From assembly GCA_045602215.1 (NCBI GenBank), contig JAZSBE010000060.1, positions 536-64,535 on the forward strand: a stretch of 64,000 nt of DNA. The letters run 5' to 3'. This document shows, piece after piece, positions 27,599 to 36,818 of this stretch. Position 1 is the first letter of the stretch; each line of letters starts with the position of its first letter. The translations under genes and the position numbers were made by a program. Source of the DNA: Eubacteriales bacterium. Its GTDB lineage: Bacteria; Bacillota; Clostridia; Oscillospirales; CAG-272. A model generated the notes under the pieces. It made no database searches, was not told the origin of the DNA, and saw nothing but the letters and a program-made list of their open reading frames with translations.

Positions 27599-30217
27599 AT
27601 GAAACAAGAAAAAAGAAATTGGCATCGGCTGACGGGGGAGGAAGCCCTCCGTCAGCTTGGAAGCAGCGCGGCGGGGCTCTCCGGCAAGGAGGCAAGCCTT
27701 CGCCTGAAAAGAAGAGGGAGCAATCCATTGTTTGATTTGCCTCAGGGCAAGGCAACCTTGCTCCGAAAACTGCTGACCGATCCCGCACTTCTGACCTTTG
27801 TGCTTGTGCTGGTGTTGACGGCGTGCTTTTCGGAGCTTTTTTCTGCTGTTTCCACGTGTTTGCTTTTTGCAATATGGGGAATCTACATCGTTTGCCATCT
27901 TTTACGCGTTGACCGAGGGCGAGATCTGCTCGGGCTTTGCACGATCCCGACCGTGACGGTGTTGCGGGGAGGAAAAAGACTGACGGTATCTGCCGCGAAC
28001 GTGGTAGTGGGCGACGTGATCCTGCTTCGCACGGGCGACGTCGTGCCCGCAGACTGCAGATTGCTCTCTGCCGCAGATATGAAGGTTCGATTCACCGTTC
28101 CGACCGGAATGGGGGACGGCAGGGAAACCTTGATTCAGGACAAAAAATCGGATACGGTCTACCCATACAACTGCGAGACCGTTACGCCAAACTATGAGAA
28201 TCTCGTTTATGCAGGATCGGAAATCCTGCGCGGATACGGAAGGGCGGTCGCGTTTGCCGTAGGCAAGGAGACGCTTTTGGGTCAAACGGGAGATGTCATG
28301 CGGATGGACAGACTTGAAAAGGATGCGAAGCTCGTTTCAAATTTGCATCCGTATTTCAAGTTTATGGGCATTTTTGTCCTGATGCTGCTCTTTCCGCTTG
28401 GACTGATCGCGCTTTTGGCTTCACCGGAGTCCCAGAGCGGAATGCGCGTGTTCTTGCCGATCTGCGCGTGGGTGGCTTCTGCCTCTGCAATTTTGCCCTA
28501 TTGTTATCTTCAAATTATTACCTACCACGGCGTGAGATCCTTATTTGCGCAAAACAGTGGCGGAAACGGATCGGTTTTGAAATCAACAAAGGCGATCGAT
28601 CAAATTCCGATGCTGACTGACCTCGTTCTGGTCGGTCGGGCGCCGCTTTCTGACGGACAGATCCATTTTGAAGCAGGCTTTTCGGGCGAAGGACTTCTGG
28701 AGGGAGATGCGCTTGCACCGCTCTGTGAAGCATTTTGCCTGTTGGATGATGCCAAACGCAGCTTACCTGATCTCTTTGACGCGCCTCTGCGACGGGAAGA
28801 GCCATATCTTCGGGAGCTGGTCACGGCGTGCGAATTTGACAGAGAAGCCCTGAAGCTCCGCACGAAGAAATGCGAGCTTTTCCGAGGCAAGCAGGAGCAG
28901 ATCCTTGACGTTGAGAGCACGAGCGGATCTTTCAGACTGCGCTTTTACCATACCGCGGCATCTCTATTTGGATGTGGAGACTATTTGAAGCAGAGCGGTG
29001 AGCGAGCGACCTTGGACAGCCGTGTGCGATCGGAATATCAAAGCTTTGTATCAGAGGCGTTTCGCCTTGGCAGACGAGTCGTAACCGTTGTAAAGGAAGT
29101 GCGGGGGCAGGTATTCCTTGTGGGATGCCTTGTCGGAAAGGAGGGCTTCCTGCCAAACGTCGGCAGAACGGTTTCGGAGCTTGAGCGCAAGGGCGTTCGT
29201 GTTAGCTTATTTTTGAAGGACAACTCGGCCACCGATCGCGCCTATGCCGATGCGTGGATGCCCGATGCAAAAAAGACCTTTGCGTCGGATGGGAGCCACC
29301 TTTCCGATTTGGATCATTCGTCAGAGGTCTTCTTCGGATATTCCGGACGGGAGATTGCAGAATATATTCGCAGATTGAAGAAAAAAGGCAGAGTGGTTGG
29401 CGTCATGACCGCCGAGGCCGATTGCCGTCCCTTGCTCTCCTGCGCCTCGGTTTCGGTGGCGTGCGAGCGTTATTCGGGCTCTCCCGAGGAATCGGAATGT
29501 ATTCCTGTGTTGAGACGCGAGGCGGACGCTCTCGTTGCCAGAGCCTCGGAGCGAGGCGGGGGACTTGGATCGGTTGCATACGCGATTGACGTTCTTCGCG
29601 CAACCGCCGTCAAAGTGAAGGCGTTCTTTGCGTGCTTTTTTGCGCTCAGAATCCTGCAAACCGCATGTTTGGTGCTTTCTTTGGTGAGCGGAATAGGGGC
29701 GATTCCGCCGTTTGCCCTCGTTGGCGTGACTTTTCTTGCCGACTGCGTTTTGCTGGCGCAGGTCTTGCGAGCGTCAAATTGCTCCGAGAAAACAGGTTTT
29801 GCCGCCTTCGTCGATCTTCAAAATCCCATAGCCTTTTTCCGATCTAAACGCCTGTGGCTAAGTACAGTCATTTTCGCCGCAGGACTGATCCCGATCGTCG
29901 CAATCCTCTATCATATCGGGGTATTGTCGCTCGGAAACGGCTACGCATTGATCCTTTTGGGAATGCTCACCTCGGAAATCTTATTCATTTTGAAGGGCGT
30001 TCGCGGAGGAAGACTCGGAAAAACGGGTGTGATCCGCTTGTCTCTCTTTATATTTCCGATGCTTTTGATTCTTTTGCTGTCAGCCTTGATTCCGACGGTT
30101 GGCACTTTGGCGGAGCTCGGCGGATGGAGCTTGGCAGGAGTTGCGATTCTGCCGGCGATCCCTCTGCTCGGAATCGTGTCGCTCCTCTTTGCAAAAAAAG
30201 AAGATTGCGGAAACTAA
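27599..30217 (+). CDS. P-type (P2-like) cation ATPase homologue lacking all catalytic signatures
   Basis: - Cation_ATPase_N-like start (WHRLTGEEALRQLGSSAAGLSGKEASLRLKRRGSNPL).
- A-domain scaffold (VTVLRGGKRLTVSAANVVVGDVILLRTGDVVPADCRLL; NLVYAGSEILRGYGRAVAFAVGKETLLGQ).
- About 10 TM segments.
- DKTGT, TGES, PEGL, DPPR and GDGxND are all replaced.
- The ORF is intact at 872 aa. Confidence 0.75.
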   Translation: MKQEKRNWHRLTGEEALRQLGSSAAGLSGKEASLRLKRRGSNPLFDLPQGKATLLRKLLTDPALLTFVLVLVLTACFSELFSAVSTCLLFAIWGIYIVCHLLRVDRGRDLLGLCTIPTVTVLRGGKRLTVSAANVVVGDVILLRTGDVVPADCRLLSAADMKVRFTVPTGMGDGRETLIQDKKSDTVYPYNCETVTPNYENLVYAGSEILRGYGRAVAFAVGKETLLGQTGDVMRMDRLEKDAKLVSNLHPYFKFMGIFVLMLLFPLGLIALLASPESQSGMRVFLPICAWVASASAILPYCYLQIITYHGVRSLFAQNSGGNGSVLKSTKAIDQIPMLTDLVLVGRAPLSDGQIHFEAGFSGEGLLEGDALAPLCEAFCLLDDAKRSLPDLFDAPLRREEPYLRELVTACEFDREALKLRTKKCELFRGKQEQILDVESTSGSFRLRFYHTAASLFGCGDYLKQSGERATLDSRVRSEYQSFVSEAFRLGRRVVTVVKEVRGQVFLVGCLVGKEGFLPNVGRTVSELERKGVRVSLFLKDNSATDRAYADAWMPDAKKTFASDGSHLSDLDHSSEVFFGYSGREIAEYIRRLKKKGRVVGVMTAEADCRPLLSCASVSVACERYSGSPEESECIPVLRREADALVARASERGGGLGSVAYAIDVLRATAVKVKAFFACFFALRILQTACLVLSLVSGIGAIPPFALVGVTFLADCVLLAQVLRASNCSEKTGFAAFVDLQNPIAFFRSKRLWLSTVIFAAGLIPIVAILYHIGVLSLGNGYALILLGMLTSEILFILKGVRGGRLGKTGVIRLSLFIFPMLLILLLSALIPTVGTLAELGGWSLAGVAILPAIPLLGIVSLLFAKKEDCGN

Positions 30218-30266
30218 ATCTCTCCCATCGCATATCATTTAATAAGAATGATAGGGAGGTTCGGTC

Positions 30267-30563
30267 ATGAAACGATACAGTACCTCGGAGCTTCGATGCT
30301 TGGAAATTGTGAATACCTGCGACGGGGCAAAGCTCGGACGCGCGTCGGATTTTGAATTTGAGGCGGACGGCGATTGCACGAAGATCACCGCGCTCATTAT
30401 TCGCGGGAGAGGCGGGATCTTCGGCTTTGGATGCGAGGAGGATCTTCGGATCCCATGGTGCAACGTGCGGTGCATCGGAGAGGATATTATTTTGGTTGAA
30501 TTGTCCACGCAGGACTGTGATTGCTGCTGCCGACCGAGAAAACGGTTCGGCAGAAGATTCTAA
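30267..30563 (+). CDS. ylmC: YlmC/YmxH-family sporulation protein (PRC-barrel)
   Basis: 98 aa. LRCLEIVNTCDGAKLGRASDFEFE......ALIIRGRGGIFGFG.EEDL.IPW..V.CIGEDIILVE is typical of YlmC/YmxH. Confidence 0.85.
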   Translation: MKRYSTSELRCLEIVNTCDGAKLGRASDFEFEADGDCTKITALIIRGRGGIFGFGCEEDLRIPWCNVRCIGEDIILVELSTQDCDCCCRPRKRFGRRF

Positions 30564-30566
30564 AAA

Positions 30567-30603
30567 AGAGCGGGTGTGTTTCCAAGTGAAACACACCCGC
30601 TCT
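30567..30603. terminator. Bidirectional terminator between ylmC and glnS
   Basis: agagcgggtgtgtttc (30567-82), 5-nt loop, gaaacacacccgctct (30588-603), with an A-run and a T-rich flank. Confidence 0.7.
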
Positions 30604-30610
30604 GTCTATT

Positions 30611-32260
30611 TCATTTCTTGGGGAAGCTGTCCTTGAGTCCGACGATGCGGTTAAAGGTGTTGGGATACTTGGTATCCTTGCAGAAATAACCGGTGCGAAC
30701 GAACTGGAACTGCTCGCCCTCCTTGGCGTCAGCCAACAAAGGCTCCACAAAGCAGTGCTCCAGCTTGACCAGGGAATCGGGATTGAGATAATCGTTGTAG
30801 GTCTTGTCCTCGGGAATATCGTTGACGTTCTCGATGGCAAAGAGCTTGTCGTAGAGCATCAAGGTCGTCTCGACCGCATACTTTGCGGAGAGCCAGTGAA
30901 CCGTGCCCTTGACCTTGCGTCCGTCCACGGGATTGCCGTTTCCGGTTTCGAGGTCTGCGGTGCAACGGATTTCGCGGATGCTGCCGTCCTCGTTCTTGAC
31001 GATCTCGTTGCAACGAACGATATACGCTCCCATCAGACGAACCTCTCCGTCGGGCTTGAGACGGAAGAACTTGGGAGGCGGAACCTCTGCAAAATCGTCC
31101 TGATCGATATAGATCTCTCTCGTAAATGCAACCTTACGCGTGCCTGCCTCGGGATTCTGAGGATTGTTGGAGACCTCAAAGAACTCCTCGCGGTCCTCGG
31201 GGTAGTTGGTAATGACCAACTTGATGGGCTTTTGCACGCAGATGCGGCGGAGAGCGGTCTGGTTGAGCTCCTCACGAATGCAGTGCTCCAAAAGACCGAT
31301 ATCAACGAGGCTATCTGCCTTTGATACGCCTGCGCGGGACACGAAATCAAAGATGGATGCAGGGGTATATCCGCGTCTGCGGAGCGCGCAGAGGGTGGGA
31401 AGTCTGGGATCGTCCCAGCCGTCTACCATGTTGTTCTCCACGAGATAACGCAGATAACGCTTGGACATGACAGTGTTCGTCACGTTCAGTCTTGCAAACT
31501 CTCTCTGCTTGGGCTTGGGATCAAATCCGATGTTGTCAATCACCCACTCGTAGAGGGGGCGGTGATTCTCAAACTCCAGTGAGCAAAGGGAATGCGTGAT
31601 TCCTTCCAAAGCGTCCTGAATAGGGTGCGCGTAGTCATAAAGGGGATAGATGCACCACTTGTTGCCCTGGCGGTGGTGATCGGTGTGAACGATGCGGTAG
31701 ATCGCAGGGTCACGCATATTCATATTGGGGCTTGCCATGTCGATCTTGGCGCGAAGGGTGTGCGTTCCGTCTGCAAACTCGCCGTTCTTCATGCGCTCAA
31801 AGAGGTCGAGGTTTTCTTCCACAGAGCGGTCGCGGTAGGGGGAGTTCTTTCCGGGCTCGGTGAGCGTACCGCGGTATTCTCTCATCTCCTCAGCGGTCAG
31901 ATCGCATACGAACGCTTTGCCGTCCTTGATGAGTTGAATCGCAAACTCATAGCACTTATCAAAGTAATCGGAGCCGTAGAAGATACCACCCGAGGGCGTT
32001 GCGCCAAGCCAGCAAAGATCGCGGTAGATCGCTTCAACGTACTCGTTGTCCTCCTTGGCGGGGTTGGTGTCGTCGTAACGGAGATTGAACAGACCGTTGT
32101 ATTTCTGCGCCACCTGATAGTTGATCATGATCGCCTTTGCAGAGCCGATGTGGAGATATCCGTTGGGCTCGGGAGGAAAGCGCGTGTGGATCTTGGTCTC
32201 GGGCGCGCGCGCCAGATCCTCGTCAATAATATCGTGTATAAAATTCTTTTCGATTTCCAT
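30611..32260 (-). CDS. glnS: Glutamine--tRNA ligase
   Basis: IHTRFPPEPNGYLHIGSAKAI..N......YNG.FNLRYDDTNP..E and VMSKR (KMSKS) are canonical GlnRS. 549 aa. Confidence 0.95.
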   Translation of the reverse strand: MEIEKNFIHDIIDEDLARAPETKIHTRFPPEPNGYLHIGSAKAIMINYQVAQKYNGLFNLRYDDTNPAKEDNEYVEAIYRDLCWLGATPSGGIFYGSDYFDKCYEFAIQLIKDGKAFVCDLTAEEMREYRGTLTEPGKNSPYRDRSVEENLDLFERMKNGEFADGTHTLRAKIDMASPNMNMRDPAIYRIVHTDHHRQGNKWCIYPLYDYAHPIQDALEGITHSLCSLEFENHRPLYEWVIDNIGFDPKPKQREFARLNVTNTVMSKRYLRYLVENNMVDGWDDPRLPTLCALRRRGYTPASIFDFVSRAGVSKADSLVDIGLLEHCIREELNQTALRRICVQKPIKLVITNYPEDREEFFEVSNNPQNPEAGTRKVAFTREIYIDQDDFAEVPPPKFFRLKPDGEVRLMGAYIVRCNEIVKNEDGSIREIRCTADLETGNGNPVDGRKVKGTVHWLSAKYAVETTLMLYDKLFAIENVNDIPEDKTYNDYLNPDSLVKLEHCFVEPLLADAKEGEQFQFVRTGYFCKDTKYPNTFNRIVGLKDSFPKK

Positions 32261-32278
32261 AACTAAAGTCCTTTCTGA

Positions 32279-33964
32279 TCAAAGAGCTGCGATCGCGCGC
32301 AGGATGCGCTCGCGAACACGGTCCTCGCCGATGATCTGCATCACCGTGTAAAGATCGGGGGCGTTGAGCTTACCCGTGACTGCCACGCGCAAAAACATAC
32401 TCACGTCCGCCACGTTTCCGCGGAATGCCTCGGGGGTTGCCTTGTATGCCTTCATGTCGGAGGCGTATCCAAGGCTCTCGGCAATTGCCTTCACCTTGTC
32501 AAACCACGCGTTCATATCGTCAGCGGGAGAGTAGGTTGCAAGGAAGCCTTCAAGCGCCGCCTTAATATCAGCGCGGTCGAATTTTTCGTCGTAGGTATCC
32601 ACCGTTGCAAAGAGATCGTCATAGAAGAATGCCATATAGGGGCGCACGTCGGTCCAGGTCGCAAAATCCTTGCGGGGCTTCTTGCCGCCTCTGCCGATCG
32701 CGAGAATGGATTTGGTGTAATCGGGATCAGCCGTGAAATATTTGAAAAACTCGGGATCGTTGACGCTTGCCCAGTCAGCCACCTGCTCGTAGACCTCGTC
32801 GGCACTCATGCGGCAGAGCACGTTTTTGCTCACGTCGTTGAGCTTGTTGAAGTCGAACAGGCATCCCGAGGTGCTCATCTTCTTGATGTTGAAGGGGAAC
32901 TCAGTGTAGGGCTTGTCTGCGTTCTGCATATGCCACTCCTCGTAGTTGGAGTTGAGAAGCGTCATCACGTACTCGCAAACAGCGGCAGGGGAATAGCCCA
33001 TGCGGCTGTAATCGTCCATATTCGCGCCCATATCGCGCTTGGAAAGCTTTTTCTTGTTTCCGTTCTCGTCCAGTCTCATGATCTGCGCGATATGCATATA
33101 CTTTGGAAGCTTGAATCCGAGATAGCGGAAAAGCATCAGATGCTTTGCAAGGCTGGGGAGCCACTCCTCGCCGCGAATGACGTGCGTGGTGCCCATCAGA
33201 TGATCGTCGACGGCGTGTGCGAAGTGGTAGGTGGGGATTCCGTCACTCTTGAGAAGAACAAAGTCCTCGTCGTTTTCGGGAATCTCCAGCTTGCCCTTGA
33301 TGAGATCGGTGAAGGGAACCTTCTTGTTTGGATCTCCGTCTGCCAGCAAGCGAAGAACGAAGGGATTTCCTACATTCAGGTTCTCCTGAATCTCCTCCAT
33401 GGTAATGGATCTCTGCTTTTGCTGCTCCAGGCGGCGCGCCTCCTGTTCGCCCTCCCAGTCCTTTGCCTTGATCTCTGCCTTCTTGTCGACGGCGTTCAGA
33501 GCCTCCAGCTCCTCCTTGGTGGTGAATACGGGATAAGCCTTTCCTTCCTTGACAAGCTGCTTTGCATAGACGTGGTAGATCGGGCCTCTCTGACTTTGCT
33601 TGTAGGGGCCGTAGCTTCCTTGGTCGCAGACCATACCGTCAGGGCCGAGGATCGCGCCCTCGTCAAAGTGGATTCCGTAGTGCGCGAGGGTCTTGATCAG
33701 TCCCTCTGCCGCTCCCTCCACCTCACGCTTGGCATCGGTGTCCTCGATGCGGAGATAGAACACGCCGCCGCTCTGGTGTGCCAGACGTTCGCCGATCGTG
33801 GTGGGAAAAAGTCCGCCGAAATGTACAAAGCCCGTGGGGCTGGGGGCAAATCGGGTCACCTTTGCGCCCTCGGCAAGCTGTCGCGGAGGATATTTGTTCT
33901 CCATATCGGCAGGTGTTTCGGTTACGTTCGGGAACAGAAGATCTGCAAGCAATTCAAAGTCCAT
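32279..33964 (-). CDS. gltX: Glutamate--tRNA ligase (long ~560-aa form)
   Basis: VTRFAPSPTGFVHFGG...YLRIEDTD.KRE, SDG.PTYHFAHAVDDHLM, KLSKR. Confidence 0.93.
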   Translation of the reverse strand: MDFELLADLLFPNVTETPADMENKYPPRQLAEGAKVTRFAPSPTGFVHFGGLFPTTIGERLAHQSGGVFYLRIEDTDAKREVEGAAEGLIKTLAHYGIHFDEGAILGPDGMVCDQGSYGPYKQSQRGPIYHVYAKQLVKEGKAYPVFTTKEELEALNAVDKKAEIKAKDWEGEQEARRLEQQKQRSITMEEIQENLNVGNPFVLRLLADGDPNKKVPFTDLIKGKLEIPENDEDFVLLKSDGIPTYHFAHAVDDHLMGTTHVIRGEEWLPSLAKHLMLFRYLGFKLPKYMHIAQIMRLDENGNKKKLSKRDMGANMDDYSRMGYSPAAVCEYVMTLLNSNYEEWHMQNADKPYTEFPFNIKKMSTSGCLFDFNKLNDVSKNVLCRMSADEVYEQVADWASVNDPEFFKYFTADPDYTKSILAIGRGGKKPRKDFATWTDVRPYMAFFYDDLFATVDTYDEKFDRADIKAALEGFLATYSPADDMNAWFDKVKAIAESLGYASDMKAYKATPEAFRGNVADVSMFLRVAVTGKLNAPDLYTVMQIIGEDRVRERILRAIAAL

Positions 33965-33994
33965 AGTGTTGATTCCTTTTCTATATTCGAGTAA

Positions 33995-34609
33995 TTAAAA
34001 GGCAAGAGCTTGGTCGAGCGCGGGACCGAGTGTCGCCAAGGTGCCGTGCCCGGGATAAATGGGGAGAGATTGGGGAAGTGCTCTCATATTACGAAGCGTT
34101 TGAAGCAGGATTGCTTCATCTCCGCTATAGAGATCGGTTCTTCCTCTGCCCACGTCAAAGAGGGTGTCTCCCGTCAGAAGAAGGTCGTTGTTGCACAAGT
34201 AGCAAACGCTTCCCGCCGTGTGTCCTGGAGTGTGAATGACGCGAATCGTTTCCTCTCCGAGCGTCAGGATTTCGCCCGATTTGAGCGATCGTTCGGGCGC
34301 GCGGTAGCTTTGATCCATGCGGAAGAAATAGTAAAAGGCATTCTTTCGCGAATCGGCAGGAAGCTCTGCGTCCGCCTCGTGAATCAACACGGGGGCACCG
34401 GTCAGATCTCGGAGCGAATCGATCGAAACGATGTGATCGAAGTGCCCGTGCGTGAGCAGGATATAATCGAGCGTTGCGCCGTTCTGCTCAAGGACATTCA
34501 GAATCTGGTCTGCCCGTGGACTTGGATCCACTACCGCGGCGTGACTACCGCTTTGAAGGATATAACAGTTGGAGCCCCAAGAGCCGGGATAAAGCGTTAC
34601 GATCCGCAT
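33995..34609 (-). CDS. MBL-fold metallo-hydrolase (hydroxyacylglutathione hydrolase-like)
   Basis: LLTHGHFDH and TPGHTAGS motifs. The ATG at 34609 follows AAAGGAGAGAGG; the ORF track starts 21 nt upstream, at 34630. Confidence 0.85.
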   Translation of the reverse strand: MRIVTLYPGSWGSNCYILQSGSHAAVVDPSPRADQILNVLEQNGATLDYILLTHGHFDHIVSIDSLRDLTGAPVLIHEADAELPADSRKNAFYYFFRMDQSYRAPERSLKSGEILTLGEETIRVIHTPGHTAGSVCYLCNNDLLLTGDTLFDVGRGRTDLYSGDEAILLQTLRNMRALPQSLPIYPGHGTLATLGPALDQALAF

Positions 34610-34707
34610 ACCTCTCTCCTTTGTTTTCATAATACATTATTATATCACAGATCCTTTGGATTGTCTATCCTTTTTTTGATATTTTCATCATTTTTTTTGC
34701 AAAATCA

Positions 34708-34735
34708 AAAACCGCCGATCAGTGTCGGCGGTTTT
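34708..34735 (-). terminator. Rho-independent terminator of the xerC-like gene
   Basis: aaaaccgccga / tcggcggtttt stem. On the minus strand a U-rich tract (tttttgattttg) follows. Confidence 0.6.
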
Positions 34736-34774
34736 GTGGGAAGGAATCGGAAATCTCTCTTTTAAGGGTTACCT

Positions 34775-35779
34775 TTATTTCGTCTTCTTACGTGAGGAGA
34801 GGGGATTGTGAGACATGGCGTCCTCGATGCTCCGATTCGATACGTGTGTGTAAATTTGCGTGGTGTTGAGCTGCTCGTGACCGAGAATCTCCTTGAGCAC
34901 CCGAACGTCAACATTTCCGCTTTGATACATCAAGGTCGCCGCGGTGTGACGAAGCTTGTGAACCGAGTAGTGCTTGGCTTCAAGACCTGCAAGCTTGAGG
35001 TATTTGTAGATCATCCATTGGACGGTTTTTACGCTCATGCGTTGCTCCAGGCGGCTGAGAAAGACGCCCTTGTCCTTGATAGAGGCATACTGCGCGCTTT
35101 TTCGAATGGTGAGGTAGGCGCCAAGCGCATCTTGACAGGCTTGGTTCAAATATACGATACGCTCCTTGCTTCCTTTACCCGTGACGCGAATGGAGCGGAG
35201 CTGAGGGTCGATGTCTCCCAGGTTGATCCCGACCAGCTCGGAAACACGCATCCCGCAGTTGAGGAAAAGGGTGACGATGGCATAGTCTCTTACGCGGAAA
35301 GGGGATTCGCGGTCGTTTTCAATCGCGTCGAGAAGCGCCTCGGATTCCTCAAGCGTGAGATATTTGGGGAGTGATTTTTTTGGTTTGGGGGAATCCATAT
35401 CCGCCGTGGGATTGTACTCCAGATAGTGGCGCTTGGAGACCAGATACTTGTAAAGAGAGCGGAGAGAGGACAGTTTGCGCGAGCGCGCCGCCCATTGATT
35501 GCCTCTTTGCTGGTTTGCATAAAACAGGAAATCGTAAATTTCCTCGGCACGAATTTTCCCGAGACGCTCCAGCCCGATCGAGCTGACGTCGATTTGATTA
35601 AATTCCTCCGACGCGGGATCAATGCCGTATTCCTTGGAGAGAAGATAGCGGAAAAAGGTGCGAAGATCCAACAGGTATTCCTGAACGGTTTTCTGCGAGC
35701 ACCCCTGCAGGGAAAGCTTGTAGGAGGCATATTCCTGAATCAGCGGAGAAAATTCATTTGGAGAAATCAGTTGTGCCAT
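34775..35779 (-). CDS. xerC: Tyrosine site-specific recombinase, XerC/XerD family
   Basis: 334 aa. N-terminal SAM-like core-binding domain. Catalytic HKLRHTAAT (HxxR) and LGHEQLNTTQIYTHV (H...Y). Confidence 0.85.
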   Translation of the reverse strand: MAQLISPNEFSPLIQEYASYKLSLQGCSQKTVQEYLLDLRTFFRYLLSKEYGIDPASEEFNQIDVSSIGLERLGKIRAEEIYDFLFYANQQRGNQWAARSRKLSSLRSLYKYLVSKRHYLEYNPTADMDSPKPKKSLPKYLTLEESEALLDAIENDRESPFRVRDYAIVTLFLNCGMRVSELVGINLGDIDPQLRSIRVTGKGSKERIVYLNQACQDALGAYLTIRKSAQYASIKDKGVFLSRLEQRMSVKTVQWMIYKYLKLAGLEAKHYSVHKLRHTAATLMYQSGNVDVRVLKEILGHEQLNTTQIYTHVSNRSIEDAMSHNPLSSRKKTK

Positions 35780-35876
35780 TCCGTCGGCCTCCCTTCGTCT
35801 TTTTTGTGATCTACTATCATTTTACATCTTTTTTGAAGGGATTGGTTGATAAATTGTAAATTTTTGCGTCGATCGG

Positions 35877-35905
35877 TTGATTTTTATCTTTTTTTTCGGT
35901 ATAAT
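35877..35905 (+). promoter_or_regulatory. Candidate sigma-A promoter
   Basis: TTGATT (35877-82), 17-nt spacer, TATAAT (35900-05), 70 nt upstream of the 35975 CDS. Confidence 0.45.
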
Positions 35906-35974
35906 GATGGAGTCAAAGCCACCAAATTCTGAATGGATCAAGATTCTCCCGTCGGGAGAAAAGAGAGGTAATTT

Positions 35975-36565
35975 ATGAAGGATTTTTTGAAATCAAGATC
36001 ATACGATATGGTCAAGATGTTTCTCAATCAGTTTGCAATTGCCATTTTTGGCGTCGGTCTTGCCTTCGCAGCAGGAAAGGCAGGGAATCCCGTTCTCAGA
36101 AACGTCAGCAGTGCTTTTTCGATTCTGTTCTATCTCTTCCTTCTCTACGTTATGACGTGGGAGATCGGCTTTTCTGACAAGACGGGAGTGGATCTCGGAA
36201 AAAAGAAGCGCGATCCGCTGATGGGGCTTTGGATCTCTCTTTGCGCCAACGTTCCGAATTTTCTGTTTGCAATTCTGATCTCGCTTGCCGCTTGGTTCAA
36301 CGTTCCGCTTTTCAGTAAATTGGGTGCGGTTGCAAGTGGGGCCGCCGTTCTGCTCGAAGGTATGTACACAGGGCTTCTTGCCAACCATGTGTGGGGAAAT
36401 CCCCTCAATTCTTACTGGTGGATCTATTTTCTGATCCCAATTCCTGCTCTGATCACCTGCACGGTCGCTTACTTGCTTGGTCTGAAGGATAAGAAGTTCA
36501 CGCGCCTCTTTGACGTGCCGTATCCCGAATCTGACAGAGAGCCCAAAGGAAAAAAGAAAAATTGA
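35975..36565 (+). CDS. Hypothetical integral membrane protein
   Basis: 196 aa with about 5 TM segments and a basic C-terminal tail. RBS AGAGAGG. I recognise no family signature. Confidence 0.6.
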   Translation: MKDFLKSRSYDMVKMFLNQFAIAIFGVGLAFAAGKAGNPVLRNVSSAFSILFYLFLLYVMTWEIGFSDKTGVDLGKKKRDPLMGLWISLCANVPNFLFAILISLAAWFNVPLFSKLGAVASGAAVLLEGMYTGLLANHVWGNPLNSYWWIYFLIPIPALITCTVAYLLGLKDKKFTRLFDVPYPESDREPKGKKKN

Positions 36566-36576
36566 CCGATATCAAC

Positions 36577-36619
36577 CAACCGTTTCTCCGTCTTGCGGCG
36601 AGAGGGCGGTTGTTTTTTT
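36577..36619 (+). terminator. Rho-independent terminator
   Basis: caaccgtttctccg / cgagagggcggttg stem (with G:U pairs), followed by TTTTTTT. Confidence 0.6.
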
Positions 36620-36713
36620 GACAGAAATTTGCATTTGTCGGTAAAATCGGCAAAGAAACAAGTAAATTCTTCTATAAAAAATGCATTCGGTCTGTGAAAA
36701 AAGGGAAATCGTG

Positions 36714-36742
36714 TTGACTTTTTTGATTAGAAGTGATATAAT
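36714..36742 (+). promoter_or_regulatory. Candidate sigma-A promoter of the sugar transferase gene
   Basis: TTGACT (36714-19), 17-nt spacer, TATAAT (36737-42). Confidence 0.55.
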
Positions 36743-36818
36743 GAGAGATAATATATGATGTCTTGTACATTGCGCTTCATCTTGGGAATATCAAGCAGAG
36801 GACAGAGCAGGAGATCAT

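Noticed and set aside
27599-30217. The degenerate P-type ATPase as a decaying pseudogene.
   Set aside because: The 872-codon frame is uninterrupted. The TM helices and domain scaffolds are well preserved, and only the catalytic motifs are replaced. I therefore call it a CDS (pseudo-enzyme) rather than a pseudogene.
33965-33994. A T-box leader upstream of gltX/glnS.
   Set aside because: Only 30 nt separate gltX from the upstream MBL gene and 18 nt separate gltX from glnS. There is no room for a T-box, and no specifier or T-box sequence is seen.
34775-35779. The xerC-like recombinase as the integrase of a mobile element located here.
   Set aside because: I found no flanking direct repeats, no tRNA target and no cargo genes. 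Its neighbours are housekeeping genes (MBL-gltX-glnS on one side and a membrane protein on the other). It is treated as a chromosomal Xer-type recombinase. It remains the only candidate in the window that could act in trans on the t(m)RNA-linked repeats, and that link is pure speculation.
36618-36647. A second promoter-like site (TTGACA-18 nt-TAAAAT) overlapping the T-run of the 36577-36619 terminator.
   Set aside because: The spacer is suboptimal, and the better TTGACT-17-TATAAT site lies 95 nt downstream. It cannot be distinguished from chance in AT-rich intergenic DNA.
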